A stretch of DNA of 64,000 nt from Desulfatiglandales bacterium (GCA_963666345.1 OY762721.1:2848001-2912000); one strand, 5' to 3'; shown: positions 43,709 through 53,346, counted from the first letter of the stretch. Numbers and translations are program-made. The notes: generated from the letters alone by a model not told the origin.

Positions 43709-45235
43709 GTGCTACTTCTGCCGAGAGGCAGAGGGATGTGCCGTGAGGAGTCAGCCGAGGCCATAGTAGTCCAAACGACCATGGGTGAAGGGCCGAACCT
43801 TATGTTAACGACAGGGTCTTTAGCTGTGCGAGCGAGAGTAGACATAGAAGGTTATGCTGAGATGCATGGCGCTACAGGGAAGTGTACCGGGCGGAACCCG
43901 GGAGTGGTCTTTGGTAGTGTGTCAAAGCGCCCATTGGCGGAAGGGAACCCTGTTGACGAGCAAGCGCAACTGATGGAGCGAGTGGTCGAACGCTCGAACA
44001 TGCAACAGGCCTATCGACGTGTGAAGGTAAATAGAGGAGCACCAGGAGTTGATGGTATGAGTACGGATCGTCTTGGTGCATATTTATGTAAACACTGGCC
44101 TGAGATCAAGCAACGATTGTGTAAGGGCAGTTACAAACCGATGCCAGTAAGGCGAGTACAGATTCCAAAGGCAAATGGTGGAGTCCGCCTACTTGGCATT
44201 CCAACTGTATTAGATAGACTTATTCAGCAGGCATTGCATCAGGTGTTGAGTCCATTGTATGAGCCGGGATTCTCGGAGCACAGCTATGGATTCCGTAAAG
44301 GTCGCAGTGCTCATCAGGCGGTGGTTGCAGAGCAGAAGTACCAGCATGAGGGCAAACGCTGGGTAGTTGATATGGACCTGGCGCAGTTTTTCGATGAAGT
44401 AAATCACGACAAACTGATGTCTCGATTAGGAGCGAAGGTCAGGGATCAGAGGGTAAAGGGTTTGATCCGTAGCTACCTTCGAGCTGGGGTGCTTCTGGGC
44501 GGAGTGGTGTCAGTTCAGAGCAAAGGAACGCCGCAAGGCGGTCCTATCTCTCCCCTGCTGTCCAACATTGTGCTGGATGAACTGGATAAGGAGTTGGAGA
44601 AGCGAGGCCATAGGTTCTGCCGCTATGCCGACGACTGCAATATCTACGTAGGCAGTCGTCGAAGCGGGGATCGTGTAATGGCGTCTGTGACACGTTTTGT
44701 TGAGGAGAGGCTGAAGCTGAGGGTAAACAGGCAAAAGAGTGCTGTAGCAAGGCCATGGCAGCGCAAATTTCTTGGTTATACGTTCAGCTGGCACAGGAAG
44801 AGTCGAATCCGTGCAGCCGCAGAATCGATAAAGCGGCTCAGAGCTAATTTGAAGGCGTTGTTCCGTAAGGGCAGGGGCCGCAATGTAAAGCGGTTTATCC
44901 AGGAGGAACTCAACCCTGTTGTCAGGGGATGGAGTAACTACTTCAGACTGTCGGAGTTTCTAGGATTTGCAAGGGAACTTGATCAGTGGGTTCGTCGTCA
45001 CCTTAGATGTATTCTATGGCGACAATGGAAGAGACCCTGGAAACGGTTTCAGATGCTTATGGATTTGGGACTGTCTGAGCAACAGGCCGCTTATTCTGCT
45101 TTTAATCAGAGAGGGGCATGGTTCAATGCAGGTGCAGCGCATATGAACCGGGCCATACCCAAACGTTACCTTGATCAGCTTGGACTAGTATCTACGCTCG
45201 ATACACTGCGCAGGCTTGGAGGAAAATTAACTTAA
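43709..45235 (+). CDS. ltrA: Group II intron reverse transcriptase/maturase; true start probably downstream (e.g. 43973)
   Basis: [40 protein letters not shown]; no endonuclease domain. Confidence 0.93.
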   Translation: MLLLPRGRGMCREESAEAIVVQTTMGEGPNLMLTTGSLAVRARVDIEGYAEMHGATGKCTGRNPGVVFGSVSKRPLAEGNPVDEQAQLMERVVERSNMQQAYRRVKVNRGAPGVDGMSTDRLGAYLCKHWPEIKQRLCKGSYKPMPVRRVQIPKANGGVRLLGIPTVLDRLIQQALHQVLSPLYEPGFSEHSYGFRKGRSAHQAVVAEQKYQHEGKRWVVDMDLAQFFDEVNHDKLMSRLGAKVRDQRVKGLIRSYLRAGVLLGGVVSVQSKGTPQGGPISPLLSNIVLDELDKELEKRGHRFCRYADDCNIYVGSRRSGDRVMASVTRFVEERLKLRVNRQKSAVARPWQRKFLGYTFSWHRKSRIRAAAESIKRLRANLKALFRKGRGRNVKRFIQEELNPVVRGWSNYFRLSEFLGFARELDQWVRRHLRCILWRQWKRPWKRFQMLMDLGLSEQQAAYSAFNQRGAWFNAGAAHMNRAIPKRYLDQLGLVSTLDTLRRLGGKLT

Positions 45236-45297
45236 GGAACCGCCGTGGTACGTGGACCGTATGCCCGGTGGTGTGAGCTTACTATTACCCATAAGTA

Positions 45298-46770
45298 TCA
45301 TAGCTGATCCGCCAGTTTCAAGCCTTCACTCAGATCTGCAAGACGCTTCCATCCTCTCCATAATGTGATAGTACCAGGAGGCCCATCGTTTTTTCGGGCT
45401 AGGTGACCTCCTAGTTTTGCAATCCAGATGACTACAATACCAATGGTTGGTGGCTTTTTCGGTATAGGTTTGTTTATATTTGCATGCAGGAAAAGGGCTT
45501 TCCACTCCTGATCGGTAAGGAAAGTTGAGCAGGGTGTTGTCGGATCGGTACGAGCGATCAAGGTAATCATGAAGATCCTCCAAGCTACAATGCTCATAAC
45601 TGTGAGGTATTTTGCCAGCCGATCGGCATGCCCTAGCCGACATGATTCGACCCTAAAACCGGACTTTAAGACCTTGAAGTACATTTCAATTCGCCAGCGT
45701 AAGCAGTACCACAAAACTTTTTCATAAGCATCTTCATACGACATGACTGGAAGATTGGTCAGGAGCATCCACTCGATAGCTTCCTCGCTATCAGGCGGAT
45801 TTGTTTCTATAACATAGACTGCGTGCATCTCAATGTCTGGAAGTTTCTCAGTGCTGTGCCTGATACTATTGCGGGGAGGATTGAGGGTAAAAGAGCCGAA
45901 ACGTACAGAGACCATCGCGGTGCGTGCTTCCCTTTCTTTGGCATGCTTCGACTTAGACCTTTTCGCGATTTCTACCACGTAAGAACCTGAATCAGGCTGT
46001 TTTCGCATATTCTCCCAAAGTTTTTCGACATTCTTTTCTGCATAACGGGATTTACGATTTATAATCCTATCTACGTTTGCTCGAACGAGGACAGGGGCAT
46101 TGATTTGATGGCTACGCATAAAGAAATCGTATAGATCGGCTTCTCGATCGCAGACTGTGACGATTCGGGTACAACCTGTTAATTCCTTAGTGTTTTCTAA
46201 TGCCTCAAGCCATCTATAGCTTTCCTTTTCCTCTATCGGGAGATTGGCGTGAGGTTTTGCTTTTTTGTTATCCTTTTTCCGGAGTTTCCGTGAAAATATT
46301 TTTTGATCCAACAGTCCGAGTGGGAGGCCTTTAGTTGTTACAGCCAGACATGTATGCATTATCAGGCCGTTGGAATAGATATTTTTCACGTTTTTACCCT
46401 TCTTTAAAGACATCTTCCCGAGTCCTTCGGTCTTCGGATGGTCAGTATAGACAAAATAACTGGTATCTTGGAGTGCAAGAACCGTTTTGTGTTCCTTAGT
46501 ACGCTGAGCTGTTTTACATCGGTGGGCCGCCAACATCTTACCAACCTCAACTTTGTTGTTTTGAAAAAAACGATAAGCAGCTTTGGTCTCTGCCCAATCC
46601 ACGCATGCTTGGTTGATGGGGCTCTCTGGAGCATCCGAAAATCTATCACACAGCTTAATCAGCCTTGCATCGAGTCTTTTATCTCCGAGCTTGACCTCTG
46701 CAAACTCTTCCGCCGCCCAACTTGATCTATTTTTTGGGTTCATTGAACGCCTCCCATTAAAAGTTGACAT
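45298..46770 (-). CDS. IS4-family (IS50/Tn5-like) transposase
   Basis: LGDKRL, LQDTS, CDREAD, YCLRWRIEMYFK (YREK motif), GPPG..TLWRGW. Confidence 0.93.
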   Translation of the reverse strand: MSTFNGRRSMNPKNRSSWAAEEFAEVKLGDKRLDARLIKLCDRFSDAPESPINQACVDWAETKAAYRFFQNNKVEVGKMLAAHRCKTAQRTKEHKTVLALQDTSYFVYTDHPKTEGLGKMSLKKGKNVKNIYSNGLIMHTCLAVTTKGLPLGLLDQKIFSRKLRKKDNKKAKPHANLPIEEKESYRWLEALENTKELTGCTRIVTVCDREADLYDFFMRSHQINAPVLVRANVDRIINRKSRYAEKNVEKLWENMRKQPDSGSYVVEIAKRSKSKHAKEREARTAMVSVRFGSFTLNPPRNSIRHSTEKLPDIEMHAVYVIETNPPDSEEAIEWMLLTNLPVMSYEDAYEKVLWYCLRWRIEMYFKVLKSGFRVESCRLGHADRLAKYLTVMSIVAWRIFMITLIARTDPTTPCSTFLTDQEWKALFLHANINKPIPKKPPTIGIVVIWIAKLGGHLARKNDGPPGTITLWRGWKRLADLSEGLKLADQL

Positions 46771-46824
46771 TTGTATAGTAGACGTATTATATACGTCTAC
46801 TATTACGATAGGGAGGTGTCAAGG

Positions 46825-47136
46825 ATGAATCCTGTCAAAAAACGAAATGATCTTTTAAAAAAATTAGCCCAATTCCCTGAATTTGTTCGCGGGTCGATTA
46901 CAAGCGTTTGTTCCACATGCAACAGAGCGAGATGCATATGCTCAAAAAAGTCATCCCGGATGGCATATCGGCTGACCTATAAGGATAGCCAACAAAAAAC
47001 ACGTAGCGTTTATGTTAAAAGAGACCAGTTAACCAGAATGCGAAAGATGATCGCCAATTATGCCCGACTAAGGAAACTGATCGAGCAACTTGTTGAGGCA
47101 AATATTGAGGCTTTTAAGGAAGAAACTCGGCGATAA
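46825..47136 (+). CDS. Small basic Cys-rich protein inside the IS (DUF6788-like)
   Basis: GGGAGG RBS; RGSI..CSTCNRARCIC; LTYK....TRSVYV; lies wholly inside the TIRs. Confidence 0.6.
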   Translation: MNPVKKRNDLLKKLAQFPEFVRGSITSVCSTCNRARCICSKKSSRMAYRLTYKDSQQKTRSVYVKRDQLTRMRKMIANYARLRKLIEQLVEANIEAFKEETRR

Positions 47137-47403
47137 AATCGTCTAGACTTATGGGTAATAGTAAGGTGGTGTGAGAGAGGGAGGTCGCGAGGCCTCCCCC
47201 TACTCGATTGTGCTTTGGAGATGTATGTTTTTCGAATAACGCTGAATCACCTTTAACAAAACGGATTAATCCAAGGCAAATAACGGCGTATATAATAGGT
47301 CTCTAATGCTAATAGGCATAAAACAGCAATACAGAGTGGATGTTTGGATCTAACTGAATCGAAGGACTAATCCACTGGCATGCCAGTGGCATGAATCGGG
47401 AGA

Positions 47404-50400
47404 TTGAAAATGGTACGTGTTAGGAAATGGATGCTGTTATCACTTTCAGCCGTAATTTTGTTCTCTCTAGTGTTCTATGTGAATGCTGAACCTGTAGCGG
47501 AAAAAATGGCTCAGAGCGCAGCGCAGTCTTTCCTTCATAAAGAGCAGAGAACTCTGCCCAAAATGGTGACTAAGGCAAAGGCTGAGCATTTTGTCAGCGA
47601 TATGGCTAGTGGTCTTACTATTGGAGAGCTTCATCCTATAAAAGATAGCCATGGTGAAATACTTGCATATATTCAGGAACTGGAACCTGAGGGATTCATC
47701 ATTACTTCAGCCGATGATAGCATAAGGCCGGTTCTTGGTTTTTCGTTCTCAGGAGAATTCTCTTATGATGCACACAATCCATTGCTTAATCTTATAAAGA
47801 CAGATACCAAAACCCGCCTAAGACTTTTGTCTTATGGTGGGGAAAAGGCGCAAAATATGATTAAGTTGAGCGGAGAACAATGGATAGCCGATACTTCATA
47901 TACGTTAGAACTGGACACATCCCTACTTTCAAAGTCAATCTCAACCCTGTCAGAGACTATATGGGGTGACGAAAACGGTTACATTCAGACAGAATGGAAT
48001 CAAAGAAATCCCTGGAACGCACAATGCCCATATAAAGTCGAAGACGATATCGGTGGCTCTAGACGACCTGTTGGGTGTGTAGCAACGGCAACAGCACAGA
48101 TAATAAACTTCTGGGAATACCCAAAGAGTGTGTCAATTTCTGATAATGACTATATAAATATAGATGGCACATCGCACTACATAAGTACATCTTCAGGTTA
48201 CGGGCTACCATCAGTGTCAGAACTTAGAAGCGAAATGGGATCACTCCTTTATGGAGCTCCCGATACTGATGAACAAGCTTATTTGTGTCTTACCGCAGGG
48301 CTTAAACTTCATATGAACTACAGATCTAAAACAACTCAGCATGGCGGTATTGAATACGGCTCTGCAGCTAGTACCTCAAGTGTTGGAGAAGTCCTCACGA
48401 GCAATTTTTTGTATGGAAGTGCCGATATGGATAAATGGGGTAATGTTTGGTCGGAAAATTACAGCACAATTGTTGATAATATGAAAAATGCTCAGCCTGT
48501 TCAAATCGGAATCAAGAATTCAGGAAAGACAGGCGGGCATTCCGTAATCGTAGATGGATATCGTGAGGGGGACCATTTTTTTCATGTAAATTTCGGTTGG
48601 TCAGATTCTGGTAATTCTAATACATGGTACAATATTCCAAACTTTGAGCCACAACCATATTGGGAGGATTATTATTATGATGTAGTGCACACCGTTGTAT
48701 TCAATATTGCCAAATACCAGGGGTGGAACCAATATGGTGCAAATGCACAAAATACATTTGGAACTATCTATGCGGCACCATATAAGAAAAACGAAATCAA
48801 ACAGAAATGGCGTGCTACCTGCCCATCTGAATTTGCCTTCAGGCATATCGCGATCGGAACTTCCAATCATATTTATGCCGCTGTTTCCCCTAACGCTTCT
48901 ACCGGCCACTCGTTTATATATGTAATAGATCAATTTGGTACTAAATTAAAAGAAATCGAAATAAATCGGGACGGCAAAATTGATTTTATGTGCCAAGATG
49001 AAGCCGGAGACCTATTTGTAGCAGTTGAGGATGGATACATCTATCGAGTTGATCCAGAAACAAGTTCAGCAGTTCAGATTTTTGAAGAACCTTATGGGGG
49101 ACAAATCAATACGCTCAAGATTGATAAAGATGGTTGGCTTTTCGCTGTTACGTTTGATCGCGTTTATGCCCTTACACGGTCTGGCACCTCTCGTTGGCCC
49201 TCCCCATTTGTCGTACCGTCAGGATCAATGTTCATGGGGAGTCGGTCGATTCCAGCGATTGACGTGTCCCGGCAGCGAATTTATGCTACTTACTACAACA
49301 GCACCACGGATCATGCTTACCTCGTGGCGATAAATAGGCTAAACGGGGAGATCGTGCAGGTACGAGATTTTGCGGCAATATCAGTGCCACTTATGAAAGT
49401 TCCTTCCATTGGCCCTGATGGTACGGTCTACATCGGTATGCCAGGCATACTATATGCTTTGAATCCGGATGATTTTCTTGGCACTCCTAAATGGACAAAG
49501 TCACTGCTTATTAGCCATACGCCTGCGGTAGGCCGCGATGGTACTTTATATTTCCCTTACTGGGAGCAAATTGCCGATATATGGTACAATAAATTGGGCG
49601 CTTTTGATCCATCAAATTGTGCGGAGCGATGGAGCATACCATTTCAACTAGACACCTCAGAAGAGTCTATATTCCAACCCTATATCGGCGGTAACGGTGT
49701 TGTTCTTTTCACAATAGAGCACGACGGATCACCTAAAACATACACTCTGCATGGATACAAGGACAACGGCTCAAGCTCTGAGGAACTATGGGATTACAAT
49801 GCAGGAAGCTCTGGAGGTAACTATGCATTCGGCCCTGGTCGGACAGTGTATGCATGGGGAATGACAGGTTTGGCGAAAACAATCTATGCGCTTACCGATG
49901 GGGAAATTGGTGACCCCTACGGAGCAGGGATGGATTTTGAGAACAATAATACTCCTATTCCTGCATCTAATCCGAGCCCTGCAGATGGTGCCGTGGAGCA
50001 ATCCTTCACAAGTGTTCAACTTTCGTGGAGTTGCTCTGATCCTGATGGGCATGATCTGAAATATGATATTTATGGCTGTGCCTTAGTGGAGGGAGAAGAA
50101 GCGGCTATGGTGCCTCTGGTAACTCAGTTAACTGAAAATTCATACACTTTGTCGAATTTGCAAGGAGGAACGGAATATCTTTGGATGGTCGTTGCTACTG
50201 ACGGGCAGGCCATTGCAGAAGGACCTACATGGAGTTTTACAACAGAAATAGAAGATTTATGCCCCGATGATCCAAACAAAACAGAACCCGGGATATGCGG
50301 CTGTGGAGTACCAGATACAGATACAGACGGAGATGAAACGGCCGACTGTATAGATGCCTTTCCAAGTGATCCAACTGAATGGGCTGATAACGATAATGAT

Positions 50401-50616
50401 AATATAGGCGACAATGCTGATACAGACGATGATGATGATGGTATGCCCGATGTATGGGAAGAACAATATGAAGGTCTGAATCCCCTCGTAGATGATGCTT
50501 CCGATGATCTGGATGGTGATGGAATCCTAAATCTAACAGAATACCAGAATGGAACAGATCCCGCTCGGTTTAATTCGAAGTATCTGCCCTTTATACCATT
50601 ACTTTTGGGGGATTAG
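47404..50616 (+). CDS. Secreted streptopain-family (C10) protease with propeptide, beta-propeller, Ig/FN3-like and TSP3-like repeats, and PFIPLLL tail
   Basis: Signal peptide; FIITSADD..PVLGFS; WNQ..PWN, GCVATATAQI, GGHSVIVDGY, HVNFGW; ends KYLPFIPLLLGD. Confidence 0.9.
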   Translation: MKMVRVRKWMLLSLSAVILFSLVFYVNAEPVAEKMAQSAAQSFLHKEQRTLPKMVTKAKAEHFVSDMASGLTIGELHPIKDSHGEILAYIQELEPEGFIITSADDSIRPVLGFSFSGEFSYDAHNPLLNLIKTDTKTRLRLLSYGGEKAQNMIKLSGEQWIADTSYTLELDTSLLSKSISTLSETIWGDENGYIQTEWNQRNPWNAQCPYKVEDDIGGSRRPVGCVATATAQIINFWEYPKSVSISDNDYINIDGTSHYISTSSGYGLPSVSELRSEMGSLLYGAPDTDEQAYLCLTAGLKLHMNYRSKTTQHGGIEYGSAASTSSVGEVLTSNFLYGSADMDKWGNVWSENYSTIVDNMKNAQPVQIGIKNSGKTGGHSVIVDGYREGDHFFHVNFGWSDSGNSNTWYNIPNFEPQPYWEDYYYDVVHTVVFNIAKYQGWNQYGANAQNTFGTIYAAPYKKNEIKQKWRATCPSEFAFRHIAIGTSNHIYAAVSPNASTGHSFIYVIDQFGTKLKEIEINRDGKIDFMCQDEAGDLFVAVEDGYIYRVDPETSSAVQIFEEPYGGQINTLKIDKDGWLFAVTFDRVYALTRSGTSRWPSPFVVPSGSMFMGSRSIPAIDVSRQRIYATYYNSTTDHAYLVAINRLNGEIVQVRDFAAISVPLMKVPSIGPDGTVYIGMPGILYALNPDDFLGTPKWTKSLLISHTPAVGRDGTLYFPYWEQIADIWYNKLGAFDPSNCAERWSIPFQLDTSEESIFQPYIGGNGVVLFTIEHDGSPKTYTLHGYKDNGSSSEELWDYNAGSSGGNYAFGPGRTVYAWGMTGLAKTIYALTDGEIGDPYGAGMDFENNNTPIPASNPSPADGAVEQSFTSVQLSWSCSDPDGHDLKYDIYGCALVEGEEAAMVPLVTQLTENSYTLSNLQGGTEYLWMVVATDGQAIAEGPTWSFTTEIEDLCPDDPNKTEPGICGCGVPDTDTDGDETADCIDAFPSDPTEWADNDNDNIGDNADTDDDDDGMPDVWEEQYEGLNPLVDDASDDLDGDGILNLTEYQNGTDPARFNSKYLPFIPLLLGD

Positions 50617-50623
50617 GCAGTAC

Positions 50624-50676
50624 TGTAAATGGTCGTTTAAAAGTGAGCCATTTTGGGTCGTGAAAACTGAGTCACC
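50624..50676 (+). mobile_element. Isolated IS21-like terminus
   Basis: TGTAAATGGTCG..AAAAGTGAGCCA..GGTCG..AAAACTGAGTCA: TG start with internal direct repeats. Confidence 0.45.
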
Positions 50677-50681
50677 TTATC

Positions 50682-51599
50682 CTAATCTTCCAAGAGCAAC
50701 TGTAACCATGGCATAAATTTAGGTTCAGGCGGATCAACCGGAAGGCTCAGATCAGATAAATCCGGGACCCCATCTCCGTCTGTATCATTGGTATCCTGAA
50801 TTATAACCAGCCACTTCTGGTAGTCCGGCCAGGAAGTATCAAGATCACCATCAGAAAGCTCAACTAATGCAGTATATGTATTGCCATCTCGTGAAAAAAT
50901 TGTGGCAGGGAATGATTCCACCGCATTTATTCTGATGTTATCTTCATCTATTATATCGTAAGTGGCTTCATAAGTTTCTTCAGATTGCATCAAAGTCGAA
51001 GTATATGCAACTGTGATACTGTTACTTGTTTTTGAGTAATCAAGAGTGCCAGATAGTTCTCCAACAGTGTAATTTCCTGACATACTCATATCACCGGCAT
51101 AATAGGTATTATGCGCCGTCAAACTGTATGTTCCTATAGCGGAATTTGCAGCTTTGCTAAGAGATCCGCTTATGAGCCCGCCTGTATTATTTTGGCTGTA
51201 CCAATTCCCTGTGATATTTTTGTTAAACGGCATTGATTTTTCACAGACATCATCAATACCATTACCGTTAACGTCATCAGAACCAAGATTAAGGGAAATT
51301 TCACCGTAATCACCGACAGTATAAGTATCTACTATCATTAAATAATCTGTTTTATATAGACTTCCAACCTTTTTTAATTCCTGACTGTAATAATAATATC
51401 CGTTATCATAATCATATAACGGCATAGAGTATCTATTACCGTCATAAGTAGTAAAGTATGTTTCAAGTAGATGGTACTCTATATAAGAGGAACATTTTTC
51501 AAGGCTGATGGAATACGAAATCCCGCCAATACTTGCAGTATTGGCAAACGCTGAAGACGTGACAATTAAAACCGCGAATACCAAGCTGAAGTATTTCAT
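50682..51599 (-). CDS. Hypothetical secreted Tyr/Ser/Thr-rich protein with PWLQLLL tail
   Basis: Signal peptide ending AFA; DxDGD motifs; ends KFMPWLQLLLED. Confidence 0.8.
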   Translation of the reverse strand: MKYFSLVFAVLIVTSSAFANTASIGGISYSISLEKCSSYIEYHLLETYFTTYDGNRYSMPLYDYDNGYYYYSQELKKVGSLYKTDYLMIVDTYTVGDYGEISLNLGSDDVNGNGIDDVCEKSMPFNKNITGNWYSQNNTGGLISGSLSKAANSAIGTYSLTAHNTYYAGDMSMSGNYTVGELSGTLDYSKTSNSITVAYTSTLMQSEETYEATYDIIDEDNIRINAVESFPATIFSRDGNTYTALVELSDGDLDTSWPDYQKWLVIIQDTNDTDGDGVPDLSDLSLPVDPPEPKFMPWLQLLLED

Positions 51600-51954
51600 T
51601 TTTTATGCTCCAAAACACAAGTCTATTTCTTTAAGCTGGATTGAAAACAAGTGGCTTCTTCTGCCCTATTGTAACCGTCCACTAAAATAGTACCAGCAAA
51701 AAGTGGAGGATTGCGTTACCCCTGAGACTGTGAGTCGGAGCGAAGCGGCGCTGGTATTTTTAAACTGTTGTTGTAGCTATGGTAAAGTCGTCGCTGCCTG
51801 ATTTTATTATGTTTTTTATAGGTAACATTTTGGTATATATTTTTACATTGATTTCAAAAAATACGAAAAAGGTGTTATTGATATTTAATGAATAATTATA
51901 GTGCTTAATATTCCGTCTCAAAATATTCATATAGATTCCAGCATTTGGTTTTAA

Positions 51955-52035
51955 TCATACTGTGAAAAAGCCAAACCCCGAGTGATCGAGGGATGGAAAG
52001 CCACGGGTCTTAAATAGACAGCCGGGTTGCCGAGA
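51955..52035 (+). ncRNA. c-di-GMP-I riboswitch, copy 2
   Basis: GCCAAACCCCGA-GTGA-TCGAGGGATGGAAAGCCACGGGTC...GACAGCCGGGTTGCC, followed by the same hairpin. Confidence 0.82.
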
Positions 52036-52310
52036 GGTGGCCCGGCTGTCTGTTGCTCAATGCCATATCTTTAATTTCTTAATAGTATCGATTCAATGCT
52101 TTAGCGGTTTTATCCGCCGTTTCAATGGAGCACTTGAATCCTTGGCCCCTTGAAACCGGGAACCCGCTGCGAAGCAGTGGGACTGAGCGAAGCGCAAGCG
52201 GAGCAAAGAAACCGGGAACCCGCTGCGAAGCAGTGGGACTGAGCGAAGCTAAGCTAAGCGAGGGCGAAGAATCCTACGAGTTATCAGCCGCTTAAATAAT
52301 AAAGATTTCT

Positions 52311-52756
52311 GGATCATCTCCAAAAGAGTTGGTCTAAATGAAGGATTCGAGGGTTCAAGGGGCCGCGGGTTCGAGTGAAAAGCTTAAAGATCATAGGCGG
52401 TTAAACGTTATGCAAAAATCGTATACACCTTGTTTGCATATGTATAAAGAAACGAAACGTCTTTTTAAAGATGAGCAATAGGGTCTTATCCGAGGTTTCC
52501 ATACCATGGAATATCGTCTGAGAATATGTGAGATTTCTCTATATTGCATATGGTTCAGGCTGTGAACCGGAAATCCTGATCCATGATACCGGGTGAGTCG
52601 GGTTATCCTTGAAACTGGGAACCCGCCCCGAGCTTGTCGAGGGGTGGGACTGAGCGAAGCGTAAGCGGAGCAAAGAACCCTTGAACCCTTGAACCCTTGA
52701 ACCCTTGAATCCTGGAACCCTTGGACCCTCTTCGACAACTAAGTTGGAGAAGAACC
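52311..52756 (+). mobile_element. Family A element, copy 4, nested in copy 3
   Basis: TIRs GGATCATCTCCAAAAGAGTTGG / ACAACTAAGTTGGAGAAGAACC; perfect 8-bp TSD AGATTTCT at 52303-52310 and 52757-52764. Confidence 0.85.
52383..52575 (+). pseudogene. Decayed four-helix-bundle (23S rRNA IVP/Avd-like) gene
   Basis: LKDHRRLNVMQKSYTPCLHMYKETKRLFKDEQ*GL, then EYVRFLYIAYGSGCEPE in another frame. Confidence 0.7.
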
Positions 52757-52876
52757 AGATTTCTTTATTCAGCCCTGTTTAACACCAACTAATCGGGAGG
52801 TGGTCCTAAAAAGGTAATTGAGTAGATATTGGTGGCTGTGTATAACGGAAATATTCAGTATCTACAACCACTTAAA

Positions 52877-52948
52877 CTAACGTTCACCCATAAAACAAGG
52901 TTTATGGTTTAAGGCTGTCAGCAATCAGCTTTCAGCTGTCAGCAAAAC
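52877..52948. repeat. Truncated family B repeat
   Basis: CAAGGTTTATGG..GCTGTCAGCAATCAGCTTTCAGCTGTCAGCAAAAC matches about 16476-16521. Confidence 0.55.
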
Positions 52949-53045
52949 TGATGTTTACCCCATTTAGTGGACACCCAGAAAAGATAAATGTAAAATTAAC
53001 ACATAGGAAGTGTGTCCATGGAAAATGGGAGAAGACGCCGCAGGC
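52949..53045 (+). mobile_element. IS3-family left-end remnant
   Basis: TGATGTTTACCCCATTTAGTGGACAC...AGGAAGTGTGTCC-ATG (MENGRRRR); no transposase follows. Confidence 0.45.
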
Positions 53046-53346
53046 CCTATGATCGGTAAGAATTGTGTGATAGGCTCGACCCCATGATTCCCGATGCATC
53101 CGGTGACATATAACCACTGTCAGGCCGGTTCCCAAAAATTTTTGTCGGATGCTGATTCCTTGAATCAAAATGATCCCGGGCCTCGGGCGTTGCCTTGGGC
53201 CCTTATATTATTCGGAGAATAGCCCACTTTTTAAGAGGCCATCATTTTTAAATGGGCACGGCTCGCAATGATATGGGCAGAGCAAGGATTTCTTGAATAG
53301 CGGGTAAATCAACGAAATCATAAATCCACATTAAGAGGTCGCAGCC

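Larger units (their letters stand above)
45278..47165 (-). mobile_element. IS4-family insertion sequence (1888 bp)
   Basis: Perfect 19-bp TIR CTTACTATTACCCATAAGT; 10-bp TSD GTGGTGTGAG at 45268-45277 and 47166-47175. Confidence 0.95.
43420..47208 (+). mobile_element. Group IIC intron, interrupted by an IS4-family element
   Basis: 5' GTGCG right after a terminator; domain V ACCGCCG...CGGTGGT near 45239-45272; domain VI and 3' end CCTACTCGAT at 47208. Confidence 0.9.
52093..52806 (-). mobile_element. Family A element, copy 3 (inverted, one end missing), containing nested copy 4
   Basis: Reverse complement of about 37137-37285, split at AGATTTCT; TIR at 52785-52806. Confidence 0.75.

Noticed and set aside
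43709..45235. RT as part of a DGR or retron, given nearby Avd-like remnants
   Set aside because: YADD motif, maturase domain and intact intron boundaries define a group II intron; no TR/VR pair with adenine-specific differences seen
47370..47391. Palindrome CCACTGGCATGCCAGTGG as an IS200/REP end
   Set aside because: Single copy in the window and no associated tnpA; cannot be supported
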